The translations under genes were made by a program, and so were the position numbers. Of a DNA stretch of 64,000 nucleotides, positions 48,581-59,134 are shown one piece after another; positions within the stretch are counted from its first letter, which is position 1; every line of letters begins with the position of its first letter. The stretch is taken from assembly GCA_041746255.1 (NCBI GenBank), contig JBGTHM010000099.1, positions 29,970-93,969 of the forward strand, in the 5' to 3' direction. Source of the DNA: Fibrobacteria bacterium. GTDB taxonomy: Bacteria > Fibrobacterota > Fibrobacteria > UBA11236. The notes under the pieces were generated by a model. The model saw only the letters and a list, made by a program, of their open reading frames with translations, was not told the origin of the DNA and ran no database searches.

Positions 48581-49080
48581 AAACCAAAACTAAATCCCAG
48601 GAGCGGAATCGCTTTGAGCACCTGGAAAAGGAACTGCTGGATCTCAAGGCGGGCAAAACTCGGATGAAGGTCACCACGGTTGATCCCTTTTCCAATGCCA
48701 TGACCGTGCACTACGAGACCTATGAGGAAATGCAGGCTCGACATAAGACCAAACCGAAGGCGGCCGCTGAGTTCAAGCAATTAAGGCAGTCGGTTGGATT
48801 AACCCAGAAAGCGGCGGCCGAAGCTTTGAGGGTAAGCCCGAGGACTTTACAGGGGTGGGAGTCTTCACGATGCCCTATCAATCCAACGGCAGAGACGTTC
48901 CTCAGGGTAATTCGAACACACCCGGAAATTCTGGATGAGCTGCTAGTGCGCCACACATCACAGCTTTTGGCGAAGGAGACGGGGCTGGAGAAAAAGGTGC
49001 GACGCACTGCGGAGCGGGTCGGCAGGAAATTGGCACGGACCCGAGCGTCGAAGGCTCGCGCGCCCCAGCGGTCGAAGTAG
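48577..49080 (+). CDS. XRE-family HTH protein (HigA2/YiaG-like antitoxin)
   Basis: FKQLRQSVGLTQKAAAEALRVSPRTLQGWE...P...AETFLRVIRTHPEIL. ATG at 48577 with a GAGGGG RBS. Confidence 0.8.
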   Translation: MKTKTKSQERNRFEHLEKELLDLKAGKTRMKVTTVDPFSNAMTVHYETYEEMQARHKTKPKAAAEFKQLRQSVGLTQKAAAEALRVSPRTLQGWESSRCPINPTAETFLRVIRTHPEILDELLVRHTSQLLAKETGLEKKVRRTAERVGRKLARTRASKARAPQRSK

Positions 49081-49310
49081 GGACACCATTCATAAGTTGC
49101 AATCCAACTTGCTTTGCTTCCCCGTTTCCTCATTGCAGGGTTGAGGTGAAGGGCGGAACACCGAAGTGAATTTGAGTTCTCAGGTTAACGACCAACCGGT
49201 TTTTGGAGTGGAGGCAAACGGTAGTTTTTCTTCCCTTTAACCTCAAAATACCCTAAATAAGTCTATTTAACCTTGTAAATTAACGATTAGAATTATAATA
49301 TACAAGGTAT

Positions 49311-50549
49311 ATGTACTTCCCCCGGTTAATAGAACCGATTTTTCGCGCCTATCTGCAGGACTTTCCGGCCATTTTTTTAATGGGGCCGCGTCAAGTTGGG
49401 AAGTCCACTTTCCTGGCCCGGGAAATGACCGAATTCCGGATTTTTGACCTGGAATCACCTTCACTTTTCCAAGCCATTCAAGATGACCCGGAGCTTTTCC
49501 TTAAGGACCACCCTCAAGCAATTGTCTTGGATGAAGCGCAGAGGTGGCCCGCTCTTTTCGATGCATTACGGATCTCACTGGACAGGGATCCCCGTCCAGG
49601 CCGGTATATTCTGACAGGATCGGCATCGCCCCTTCTCAACCAAAGAGTATCCGAATCCTTAGCTGGCCGCATTGGACTGCTAACCTTACGTCAAATCAGT
49701 CTGAGGGAATATCTCGGAGCGGAAAAGAGCGATTGGCTGGAAGTCTTGAATTCGATGAAAACGGCGGACCAGATCTTTAAATGGTTCGGTGCGCATCCGA
49801 AACACGCACCCAGGGACGCCATGAATCGACATTGGTTCCGGGGTGGCTATCCCGATATATTGCTGGCGGAAAGCGATTCGGGGGCCTGGCGAAGGCAGGA
49901 CAGTTTTTTCAGATTTGTGGTGGAAAAAGATATTCCCATGCATGCGTCCGTACCGCCTGCGCGGCTAAACCTATTATTCAAGTTGTTAGCCCACCGACAT
50001 GGACAGCTTTTCAATGCATCAGAATTGGGGAGAGAGCTCAGCCTCAATTACAATACCGCGCAAGCCTCGGTTGATCTTCTGGAAGGCACCTTCCATCTCT
50101 ACCGTTTGCGTCCTTTTTTTAACAACCAAAGCAAAAGGTTAGTGAAATCGCCCAAGGTATATCTTACCGATAGCGGATTACTTCACTATTTGCTCGGCTT
50201 TCGAAATCATGAGGATTTGCTACTCTCCCCTTATGTCGGGGCCAGTTGGGAAGGCTGGGTCCTGCAAAACCTGATGGCTGATCTCGATCTTCTGGAACCC
50301 CGACCGGAATTGTACTTCTGGAGAACATCAGCCGGTGCGGAAGTGGATCTGGTTATTCGGCATCGAGGCCTTTTGATTCCGATAGAGATAAAACGGAAAG
50401 GCACATTGGGATACAGGGATGTGAAAGGCTTGGCGCATTTTATAGAAGACCACGGGTCACCATTCGGCTTGGTATTGCACGGAGGTGAGCAATTACTTCG
50501 CGTCTCGGAAAAAATCCTGGCAGTGCCCGCTACCTGGGTCTTGATTTGA
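49311..50549 (+). CDS. AAA_14 ATPase with DUF4143 C-terminal domain
   Basis: Motifs GPRQVGKST, LDEAQ, LTGSA, ESLAGR, GGYP, KSPKVYLTDSGLL, YFWRT..GAEVDLV, IEIK. Confidence 0.9.
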   Translation: MYFPRLIEPIFRAYLQDFPAIFLMGPRQVGKSTFLAREMTEFRIFDLESPSLFQAIQDDPELFLKDHPQAIVLDEAQRWPALFDALRISLDRDPRPGRYILTGSASPLLNQRVSESLAGRIGLLTLRQISLREYLGAEKSDWLEVLNSMKTADQIFKWFGAHPKHAPRDAMNRHWFRGGYPDILLAESDSGAWRRQDSFFRFVVEKDIPMHASVPPARLNLLFKLLAHRHGQLFNASELGRELSLNYNTAQASVDLLEGTFHLYRLRPFFNNQSKRLVKSPKVYLTDSGLLHYLLGFRNHEDLLLSPYVGASWEGWVLQNLMADLDLLEPRPELYFWRTSAGAEVDLVIRHRGLLIPIEIKRKGTLGYRDVKGLAHFIEDHGSPFGLVLHGGEQLLRVSEKILAVPATWVLI

Positions 50550-50661
50550 CCGGGCGGAAAATGGAGGCATTCGGTCTGAATGCCGCCGGTTCTTTTTGGC
50601 TAATTGGAATAGGGTGCAACAGTAAAATTGGAACTGGGGAATTGGCTCGATGCAATTTTAT

Positions 50662-50751
<90 letters not shown>

Positions 50752-51014
50752 GGACCAATAAAATCAGCAAATTTCTGCCCCCGAATGTAATTAATAAGGT
50801 GGGGCTATCAAAGATCCCCGCTAGGGCCGTTTGTATGAGGAAGAATCTCGGGCCACACAGGGAATAAGCCCGCATGAGGCCGAAACCTGGGTTTAAAACC
50901 GCCTTAATCGCGCAAAAACTACTATTTTCCCGCGTCGGGTTTGTATTTTCGGAGTTCCGGTATCAACCCCGCCGTTCCCGCGAATCGCTGTAGCCCAAAT
51001 GGGTATGGAGCCTT

Positions 51015-54000
51015 ATGACTTGGATGCGAAAGACCGCGTTGGTCGCCTTGATTCTGTCCGCAAGCAGTCTTGCCGCTGGTCTTGGCGCATTGTTGGCCCT
51101 GCAAATTGCGGTACGGCAAGCTCCGGGCGATACCTTTACGCGCGCGGGGATCATGCGCATCCTGACCAGCGAATCGGTGGTTTACTTCTCCGACGGAAAA
51201 ACCCGGCTCGGAACTTTTTTTGAAGGGACGCACCGGGACTATGTGCCCTATGACTCCATTCCCACGCTTTTAGTCGACGCACTGGTGGCGGCGGAAGACC
51301 AGAATTACTTCACCCATGGCGGAATTGACTACCGGGGTATCGCGGCGGCGGTGCTTGTGAATGTAAAGGCCGGTAAGGTCAAGCGCGGTGGCAGCACTCT
51401 CTCGCAACAGGCGGCAAAGAATCTTTTCAACCGCCGCGGACGCACGCTGAAGGGAAAAGTCTTCGAATTGGTGAACACTTATCGCCTTGAGCGGCATTTT
51501 TCCAAAAAAGAAATTCTCGAATTTTATCTCAATCAATTTTACGTCTCGGGTAACGGACACGGAGTGACCATCGCTTCGCGCTATTTCTTCGACAAGCCCT
51601 TGCACGAGCTTACGCTTATGGAAGCTGCTTTCATAGCAGGTTCGGTGAAAGGACCCAATCAGTACAATCCCTTTATTCAAAAGACGGAAGAGGCGAAAGA
51701 GAGGGCCTTGCGACGAGGCCAGGACAGAGTGGCTTATGTATTAGGACAAATGGTAAAAACGGGAAAAATCAATTCGGCCACATACAAAGATGCGATGCAA
51801 GAGGGCCTCCATTTCAAGCGAGGCGCGTTCCGTTTTTCCTTATCTACCAATATGGTGAAAGTACAGCGCTTATTGGAGCGGCCGGAAATGCAAAAACTCC
51901 TGGCGGAATTCGGAGTGGAGGACTTCATGTCCGCCGGTCTGCAAATACACACTACCCTCGATGCCGACATCCAAAAGGCCTCCGAATATGCGATGAATGT
52001 GAACCTTTCCCGGCTCGATCGAATCCTCAAGGGTTACGAACCGCCCCGTGATACGGCTATCAGTATCGTCTCGGCTTTCGAGCCCGGAGCCTTTTACACC
52101 GGCCGAGTCTGTTCGTTGCGGGTCGACAAGGGAGTTCCCCAAGGCGTGCAGGTGCGTTTCGGCGCCGTCAAGGCCTGGGTCAACCGGAAGGCCTTGGAAG
52201 ACTTTTTTTCGGATTGGAACCGTCATGAAACGGGAGCCGCCTCCTTGCCTTCACCGCAAGTCCAGACTGGATTGGTGAATCGTCTTTTTCCCTTGGGCGC
52301 CCCTATATACTGTTCGGTTGAATATGCAAAGCCTGATTCCATGAGAACGGGTTCGAAGAGACCGGCGCCTAAAAAGGTTGAGTTGCGAATCGAACAAATA
52401 CCGCTAATCCAGGGCGGAGCGCAGGTGGTCCGGCATGGGCGGGTGCTTGCCAACGTGGGCGGTTTCCAGAATACCGGCTATGACAGGGTCAACCAGGCGA
52501 AACGGCAAATCGGATCGGCCTTTAAACCTATGGTGTTCGCCGCGGCTTTGGAATTGGGTTGGAATATATTCGATGCGTTGCCGAATTACCGGCAGTTATT
52601 CCGGCTCGGCACCACTTTTTATTTTCCGAAACCCGATCATGAGCCCGAAGATACGGTGAGCATGGCATGGGCGGGACGGCGCTCGGAGAATATCGCCAGT
52701 GTCTACCTGCTTTTCCACCTTTTCGATAAAATCGATTTCGCCCGGTTTTGGGAGGTCTGCCGCGGTATCGGCATGGCGCCGGAAAATTTCCATATGGAAT
52801 CCGAGTTTCGCTTGTTCGTTCGCGATAGCCTGGGGTTGGTATTCAATAATGAAAGACGCCGCGAATTGGAGTTTCACAAGCTGGTTGTCGATGCCGGCTA
52901 CGACCTGATCTTTTCGGGTAAGCTGGCCGAAGCGGATTTCATCAAATCGCTCCCTTATGGGCTGGGATTCGAAACGGAACGACGCAAATACGAGGGAAAA
53001 GGAGATGCGGACTCCCGCCTGCGTCATGATATCCTGGGTAAGCATTTCCTGAATTATGTAGCCAAGGTCAGGCTCTGGAGGAACAGACAGGAAGGCGGTT
53101 CCGGCCTCCACATGGCGCGCCATGCCACCAGCGGCCAAGTGGGGCTTTTCGAGAAAATGCCTGCTTCACCCTGGCTGCCCACGGCAATGCCCGAATATTG
53201 GATTGACGACGATTCGCTTATGGTCGAGGGCGTCGTAAGTATCGCCACGCTTTCAAGAATATCCCAGGGATTGCAGCAGGTCGAGGATGATGGGGGAAGC
53301 AATCCGTACAGTAAGGAGAATTTATATGCCTCAGCGGATTTCAAGGCTTGGGCGGCCCTGCGGTATATTGTCGACTTTTCGCGCAAGCTGGGCGTTCGTT
53401 CTCCTCTGGATGCCGTTATCTCCTTTCCGCTCGGAGTGAATGTGATAACGTTGGGCGAGGCGGTGAACGCCTACCAGGTTTTCAAGGACGGCTATGCCTA
53501 TACCACGAAGGGCGGGGATAATCAGCTTTTCATCGAAAAGATAACCTTGCGCGACGGTACGGTTTTGTTTGAGGACGAAGCCAAGCGTATCCGGGTATTG
53601 AGCGAAAAAACCCGTGTGGGCCTGGAAAATATTCTGGGATTGGTGGTAACCGGAGGCACCGGCCGGGCCATCCACCAGGGAGTGCGCCTCAAGGGCGAAG
53701 GGGCGGAATTCCCGCTACCCGCCTTCGGCAAAACCGGAACCACCAACGATTATCGCAATGGAGCCTTCCTTGGATATTTCGCCGCTCCGAAATCGGGTAA
53801 AAAGGGTTTCGACACCCGCGAAGGCTATGTAACCGGAGTTTACGTGGGATTCGACGATAATACGCCTATGGTCCGGCGTGGCTTCCGGGGTACCGGCAGT
53901 TCTGTTGCAATACCCGCCTGGATTGACATCGCCGAAAACGTTTCCGAAATCAGCCAGTTCCGGCATGAAGTCGATTTTATGGATTTGGAAATCCTGGCGA

Positions 54001-54206
54001 CCGGTCATGCTCCCATGTTCGAAGCGCATAAGTATGAGAAATGGGTGGTATCCAAAAAGTCGGGTATGCCGGTGGATTCGCGACAAGTAGCCGTTATCGA
54101 AGCGTCGGGGCAGGAGTATCGCGAAGATATTTCCCATGAAATGGAATTACGGGAACCCGTGACCGATCCTTCCGTGTTGACCACGATATTCATGAAAAAG
54201 GAGTGA
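51015..54206 (+). CDS. Class A penicillin-binding protein (PBP1A-like) with large insertions
   Basis: Transglycosylase motifs EDQNYFTHGGID and GGSTLSQQAAKN. Transpeptidase motifs SAFK, SEN and KTGT. Confidence 0.9.
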   Translation: MTWMRKTALVALILSASSLAAGLGALLALQIAVRQAPGDTFTRAGIMRILTSESVVYFSDGKTRLGTFFEGTHRDYVPYDSIPTLLVDALVAAEDQNYFTHGGIDYRGIAAAVLVNVKAGKVKRGGSTLSQQAAKNLFNRRGRTLKGKVFELVNTYRLERHFSKKEILEFYLNQFYVSGNGHGVTIASRYFFDKPLHELTLMEAAFIAGSVKGPNQYNPFIQKTEEAKERALRRGQDRVAYVLGQMVKTGKINSATYKDAMQEGLHFKRGAFRFSLSTNMVKVQRLLERPEMQKLLAEFGVEDFMSAGLQIHTTLDADIQKASEYAMNVNLSRLDRILKGYEPPRDTAISIVSAFEPGAFYTGRVCSLRVDKGVPQGVQVRFGAVKAWVNRKALEDFFSDWNRHETGAASLPSPQVQTGLVNRLFPLGAPIYCSVEYAKPDSMRTGSKRPAPKKVELRIEQIPLIQGGAQVVRHGRVLANVGGFQNTGYDRVNQAKRQIGSAFKPMVFAAALELGWNIFDALPNYRQLFRLGTTFYFPKPDHEPEDTVSMAWAGRRSENIASVYLLFHLFDKIDFARFWEVCRGIGMAPENFHMESEFRLFVRDSLGLVFNNERRRELEFHKLVVDAGYDLIFSGKLAEADFIKSLPYGLGFETERRKYEGKGDADSRLRHDILGKHFLNYVAKVRLWRNRQEGGSGLHMARHATSGQVGLFEKMPASPWLPTAMPEYWIDDDSLMVEGVVSIATLSRISQGLQQVEDDGGSNPYSKENLYASADFKAWAALRYIVDFSRKLGVRSPLDAVISFPLGVNVITLGEAVNAYQVFKDGYAYTTKGGDNQLFIEKITLRDGTVLFEDEAKRIRVLSEKTRVGLENILGLVVTGGTGRAIHQGVRLKGEGAEFPLPAFGKTGTTNDYRNGAFLGYFAAPKSGKKGFDTREGYVTGVYVGFDDNTPMVRRGFRGTGSSVAIPAWIDIAENVSEISQFRHEVDFMDLEILATGHAPMFEAHKYEKWVVSKKSGMPVDSRQVAVIEASGQEYREDISHEMELREPVTDPSVLTTIFMKKE

Positions 54207-55048
54207 AAAGCATGACGAAAAGCGGCACGCCGAGAGGCAAGGCGAAAGGCAATTGGAATCGTGGAACGGTTGTGATACTGGGTGCAGCGATTTTCCTGTT
54301 GATGGGATGCGCATCCCAAAGCCCCGGAAAATTGCCCGCTGATCGGGGTAAACACTCGACAGTCGACGGTGCCGAAAAGGTAGGCGCCGACGATTGGAAC
54401 GCCCTACGTGAGTCCTTGGTAAACCCTCGTGATACCCTGATTCTGGATTTGCTTTCCGGATATCGTAACCTGATGGGCCATGCACAGGGCACGGTTCCCT
54501 TGGACGCCGGCCGTATGCAAAAGGCGCAGGAGGCCGCCTGGATTTTGGAAGCGGAATTGAGAAGCCAAGGGGGCATTCTCTCTTCCCAAATGCCGGAACA
54601 AGGTCGGGAGACTTTGTCCGAGCCGCGCCCTGGCGTGGATAAGGCCGCTCCCAAAACCGCGCCTCCGGATATGGGGTTATCGGAATCCAGCCGTCAATTG
54701 GTCGAATCGCATGGCTTCTCAGCGGCTTCCGATACGCTTTTCAACCAAGGCCATTACTTGGAAGGGTGGAAGGTTTTGCTGTCGGCATCCCCGGAGGTGA
54801 ATGACTTGGAAACCAGGCGGGAGCGTTTCGGAGGACGTTATTGTGAGGAAAAACGGCGCGTAGCCTCGCAAAATTTCATCGAATATCGCAAGGTTGAGAG
54901 CCTCGAACGGAAAAAAGCGTTGCTGGAATCGGCGCGTGTAGACCTCGAAAGTTGTCTCCTTTATTTTCCCGAAATCTTTGTCAGTGATAGGGTGAAAGAC
55001 AATCTTAAGTTGGTTCAAAGGGAGTTGGAGGCGCTTAATCGGAAATAG
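54203..55048 (+). CDS. Hypothetical helical lipoprotein
   Basis: Lipobox LMGC. GTGA overlap with the PBP1A stop. TPR-like helical C-terminus. Confidence 0.65.
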   Translation: MKSMTKSGTPRGKAKGNWNRGTVVILGAAIFLLMGCASQSPGKLPADRGKHSTVDGAEKVGADDWNALRESLVNPRDTLILDLLSGYRNLMGHAQGTVPLDAGRMQKAQEAAWILEAELRSQGGILSSQMPEQGRETLSEPRPGVDKAAPKTAPPDMGLSESSRQLVESHGFSAASDTLFNQGHYLEGWKVLLSASPEVNDLETRRERFGGRYCEEKRRVASQNFIEYRKVESLERKKALLESARVDLESCLLYFPEIFVSDRVKDNLKLVQRELEALNRK

Positions 55049-55090
55049 TCCGGATATGCCGGTGGGGCGAATCTTCTCCGATAATAAAAA

Positions 55091-57214
55091 TCACACTTGC
55101 TCTTGAGGGAGATCCGATCCGCTCGGCGCCGGCGGTTCCATGGAAAGGGCCAAACGGACTTTCGCCAGCAAGTCGTTTACCGAAAAGGGTTTGAGTAAGA
55201 GCGGAGCCTGGGTAATTTCTTCTGGTTTTTTCAGGATTTCCCCCGTGTAACCGGACATAATCAGGGTGCGCAATTTGGGTCGGACCCGGCGCAGGTTCCG
55301 GTATAAATCAGAACCATTCATTTTGGGCATAATCATGTCGGTCAGCAGTAAATCGATTTCACCGGAAAATCCCTGCGCAATTTTCAGCGCCTCTTCGCCA
55401 TTGCGCGCGTCAATCACCTTGTAGCCGTGCATTACCAGGATGTCGCGAACCATTTCGCGTACATCCTCCTCATCTTCGGCCACCAAAATGACTTCCGTTC
55501 CTATTGCTGCGCTTGCTTTGGGTAATGCGGCATCCTCGGGTGATTTCACGACGGCTTCCAAGCTTGGTAAAAGGATTTGAAAGGTAGTGCCCTCTCCCGG
55601 CGCGCTTTTAACACGTATGTCACCCATATGCTGGCGGACTATGCCGTATACCGTGGCAAGACCCAGGCCGGTTCCCTTACCAATTTCCTTGGTAGTATAA
55701 AATGGCTCGAAAATGCGCTGCAGAACCTCGGGTTCCATACCCTTTCCGAAATCGGTCACTTCGAGGAGAGCATAAGACCCGGATTTCAAATGCTTGTAAT
55801 TACGGGCTCGCCTGCCCTCGATTTTCAGATTAGCCGTCAAAAAGTTCAGGCTCCCGCCTCTCGGCATGGCGTCTTGGGCATTGAGCGCCAGATTCATCAG
55901 GATTTGCTGGATTTGCGTGGCATCGGCCCGTACCGCCTTCAGATTCGGATCCAGGGTAAACTTGAGTTCAATATCCTCCCGGATAAGACGGTGAATGATT
56001 TTTTCGAACCGTACAATTTCATCGTTCAAACTTACCGGCTTCATTTCCAGAATTTGCTTGCGTCCGAATGCCAGCAACTGCATGGTTAAATCCTTGGCGC
56101 GTTCGGCGGTCCGCATGATTTGGCTGAAATTCCGACGCATGGGATGATTCTCATCCAATTGCATCAATCCCATTTCGGCGTATCCGATGATAGGGGAAAG
56201 CAGGTTGTTGAAGTCATGCGCCACCCCCCCGGCCAAATGTCCGATGGCTTCCATTTTTTGGGCTTGGCGTAGCTGATCTTCGAGTTCGAGGCGGGCTTCG
56301 GTTTCTTTTTTTTGAACCGTGATATCGGCGATCATCGCCAGGGCGCCGAGGTATGTTCCCTTCTCATCTTGAATGGGGCTAGCGGAAATATTCACCCATA
56401 ATTTTTCTCCGTTCTCCTTATTGAAATGAAATTCAAAGCGCTCGCTTACGCCCTGATGGCGCAGCTGCAGGCGAGTTTTAATGAAGCGGATACCTTCCTC
56501 ATCCAAAAAATCGAAAAGGTGCCGCCCCAGCATTTCATCCGTTTTTCGCCCCAGCATTTCCGCCATCCGGGTGTTGACATAGCTGGTAAAATTTTCCGAG
56601 TCCAGGACCCAGATTCCCTCTTGCGCGGCCTGGACGATTCGGCGGAATTTTTCTTCGCTGAGCCGCAGCGCTTCCTCGATCCTACGCCTTTCGGTAATAT
56701 CCGTGATAAACCCTTCAATCGCCGTGAGAATTCCCTTTTCGGTATAGACGCCTACCCCTTGCTCCCACATCCATTTTTCCGTGCCTTCCCGCGTAATGAT
56801 GCGGTATTGTATTCTGAAAAAACGGTGCTGCTCCAAGGGGGCTTGCACTTCCTTATACACTCTTTCCCGGTCATCGGGATGGATGATGTTCCCCCAACTG
56901 GTCTTATGGGATAGGAATTCCTGGGCGGAATACCCTGATAAATCCAGGCAGCCCTCGCTGATGAACTGTGAAGTCCAATCCGAATCATTGTGGCAACGGT
57001 ATGCGAATCCCGGAAGGTTAGCCAGCAGGCGGGAGAACATCCCCCGGTTATCCAGGCTGTTAAAGACTAGAGGAGAAGACGAAAAACGTCGATTTCTTCG
57101 GTAACTTGCCCATCCGGGAAGGGAAAATGCCAATGCGGCTAATCCCCCCAGTAAAAACAAGGCGGAAATCCAATCGCCCAGGCCCGAAGGTCCGTGCAAT
57201 TCAGGCAAGCGCAA
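55091..57214 (-). CDS. Hybrid sensor histidine kinase/response regulator with two PAS domains (CckA-like)
   Basis: One TM segment, two PAS/PAC domains, H-box [36 protein letters not shown], and receiver motif LLTDMIMP. Confidence 0.92.
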   Translation of the reverse strand: MRLPELHGPSGLGDWISALFLLGGLAALAFSLPGWASYRRNRRFSSSPLVFNSLDNRGMFSRLLANLPGFAYRCHNDSDWTSQFISEGCLDLSGYSAQEFLSHKTSWGNIIHPDDRERVYKEVQAPLEQHRFFRIQYRIITREGTEKWMWEQGVGVYTEKGILTAIEGFITDITERRRIEEALRLSEEKFRRIVQAAQEGIWVLDSENFTSYVNTRMAEMLGRKTDEMLGRHLFDFLDEEGIRFIKTRLQLRHQGVSERFEFHFNKENGEKLWVNISASPIQDEKGTYLGALAMIADITVQKKETEARLELEDQLRQAQKMEAIGHLAGGVAHDFNNLLSPIIGYAEMGLMQLDENHPMRRNFSQIMRTAERAKDLTMQLLAFGRKQILEMKPVSLNDEIVRFEKIIHRLIREDIELKFTLDPNLKAVRADATQIQQILMNLALNAQDAMPRGGSLNFLTANLKIEGRRARNYKHLKSGSYALLEVTDFGKGMEPEVLQRIFEPFYTTKEIGKGTGLGLATVYGIVRQHMGDIRVKSAPGEGTTFQILLPSLEAVVKSPEDAALPKASAAIGTEVILVAEDEEDVREMVRDILVMHGYKVIDARNGEEALKIAQGFSGEIDLLLTDMIMPKMNGSDLYRNLRRVRPKLRTLIMSGYTGEILKKPEEITQAPLLLKPFSVNDLLAKVRLALSMEPPAPSGSDLPQEQV

Positions 57215-57431
57215 ACTCCTTCGGGTTTCAGGTGATTCCTTGAGAATGGGGAGGGTCGTCGGCTTTCCATAAAGAAGACCGGGTCGATTTAATCGAATCG
57301 ACCCCCTTCTCCCTCCGTCCTAGACATTATCTAATTTTTACCCGGTCTTGCAAGAATTATTCCGGGAAACCAGGCTAACTTGTTGCTCTTTATCCCGGAG
57401 TGTCGAAGAAAGTGGGGAATTGCTGAATTCC

Positions 57432-58304
57432 ATGTCAAAATGTCCGGACCTGCATGAATTTCCCGCCGATGCCCTGCGAGCATTGCTCCCATTGGCTTTC
57501 GCTGAGGATGAGGGCGAGGGAGACATCACTTCGATCGCAACCATTCCCGAGAATACCCGCTCAACCGCCCACTTTATCGCCAAGGAGTCGGGAGTGGTGG
57601 CGGGTCTGGAGACCGTTGCCCTTGTGTTCGACTGGAAGGGGTTCCCGGCGCGTTACACGGGGGGCATACCAGCGGGAACCGAGGTCGCGGCGCATACCAA
57701 TTTATTGACGGTTGAGGCGGATACCCGCCATTTGCTGGTCTGTGAACGGGTCATACTCAATTTCCTGCAGCGTTTTTGTGGTGTCGCCACCGCAACGCAC
57801 AAACATGTACAGGCCCTGGCGGGAAGTACAACCCGACTTTTGGATACCCGGAAGACGCTTCCCGGTTACCGGGCTTTGGACAAGTATGCAGTGCGGGTCG
57901 GGGGCGGCTTGAATCACCGGTCGGGTCTTTATGATCAGGTTCTCGTGAAAGACAACCATATCCGGGCCTGCGGAACGGTTCGCGAAGCCGTAGCAAGGGT
58001 GCGCTCCCGGTATGGAAGCCGTTACCCGGTGGAAGCGGAAGTGACTACCCTGGCCGAGTTGGAAACCCTCCTGGACGCACACGTGGATATCGTGCTGCTG
58101 GACAATATGACCGATGACGAAATGGCACGCGCCGTGGAGAAAGTGCGGGGATTGGCGCCCCATATAAAATTAGAGGCAAGCGGAGGCATCGACCTCGCAC
58201 GGCTGGCCCGCATCGCGAAAATCGGGGTGGATTTCGTGTCGGTAGGCGCTTTAACCCATAGTGTCAGGGCCTTGGATATATCCCTGCAATTCGAGGAGGG
58301 ATGA
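57432..58304 (+). CDS. nadC: Nicotinate-nucleotide diphosphorylase (carboxylating)
   Basis: Motifs EDEGEGDITS, ERVILNFLQR, DTRKTLPG, NHRSGLYD..LVKDNH, LLDNM, EASGGI. Confidence 0.95.
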   Translation: MSKCPDLHEFPADALRALLPLAFAEDEGEGDITSIATIPENTRSTAHFIAKESGVVAGLETVALVFDWKGFPARYTGGIPAGTEVAAHTNLLTVEADTRHLLVCERVILNFLQRFCGVATATHKHVQALAGSTTRLLDTRKTLPGYRALDKYAVRVGGGLNHRSGLYDQVLVKDNHIRACGTVREAVARVRSRYGSRYPVEAEVTTLAELETLLDAHVDIVLLDNMTDDEMARAVEKVRGLAPHIKLEASGGIDLARLARIAKIGVDFVSVGALTHSVRALDISLQFEEG

Positions 58305-59134
58305 TGAATTCGCAAAAACCTTCCGCTCAGAGCGGAAAATCCGGACAAGGCCTTAACCTTGTCGTCGATATAGGCAATACCAATACTGTCATCGGATTTT
58401 TCCGGAACGGGAAAATAGTATCCAACTGGCGTTTGGCGACGCGGCGCGAAACCACGGAAGACGAAGTGGTTTGGTGGATACATAGCCTCCTGCTTCCCGC
58501 CAAAGTGAAGCGCTCCCTCAACGGCCTGGCCATGACTTCGGTGGTTCCCGCGCTGGATGGCGTATGGGCCCGCGCCTTAAACAAGGCCTTTGGCTTGACC
58601 CCGGAGATATTGGACTATTCCAATTGCGGCGGTTTGCGCCTGGAATATTCCATCCCCAGTCAAATCGGAGGCGACCGGTTGGCCAATGTGCTGGGGGCTT
58701 GGAGTCTGGGCATCGAGGCCGGTGTAGTTTTGGATTTCGGAACCGCAACCACCTTCGACGTTTTCAGTGATTACACCTATTGGGGTGGCATAATCTGCCC
58801 GGGTGTGCAAAGTTCCCTGCAGGGACTGGCTCAATCCGCCTCGAAAATATCGGAAGTGGAATTGCGCTGGCCCGAAACCGTGGTGGGAAAAACCACGGAA
58901 TCGGCTTTACGCACGGGTATTTTACAAGGGACTGTGGGCCAAGTGGAGTATTTGCTGAAAAGGGTATTCGCGGAGAAAAAAATGAAGAACCCGGTGGTGA
59001 TTTCCACGGGAGGGCTGGCCACATTGGTACAGGGCCATGCCCCGAGTATCCAACGAGTTGAACCCGATTTGACCTTGATGGGGCTCAATTTTCTACTTTC
59101 GCGCAAGCTTAAGCAAACGAAAGGCAAGCGATGA
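58301..59134 (+). CDS. coaX: Type III pantothenate kinase
   Basis: Motifs [37 protein letters not shown]. Confidence 0.93.
   Translation: MMNSQKPSAQSGKSGQGLNLVVDIGNTNTVIGFFRNGKIVSNWRLATRRETTEDEVVWWIHSLLLPAKVKRSLNGLAMTSVVPALDGVWARALNKAFGLTPEILDYSNCGGLRLEYSIPSQIGGDRLANVLGAWSLGIEAGVVLDFGTATTFDVFSDYTYWGGIICPGVQSSLQGLAQSASKISEVELRWPETVVGKTTESALRTGILQGTVGQVEYLLKRVFAEKKMKNPVVISTGGLATLVQGHAPSIQRVEPDLTLMGLNFLLSRKLKQTKGKR

Noticed and set aside
41904..50661. Intact integrative element or prophage at tRNA-Ser
   Set aside because: By eye I found no integrase, no phage or conjugation genes, and no duplicated tRNA 3' end.
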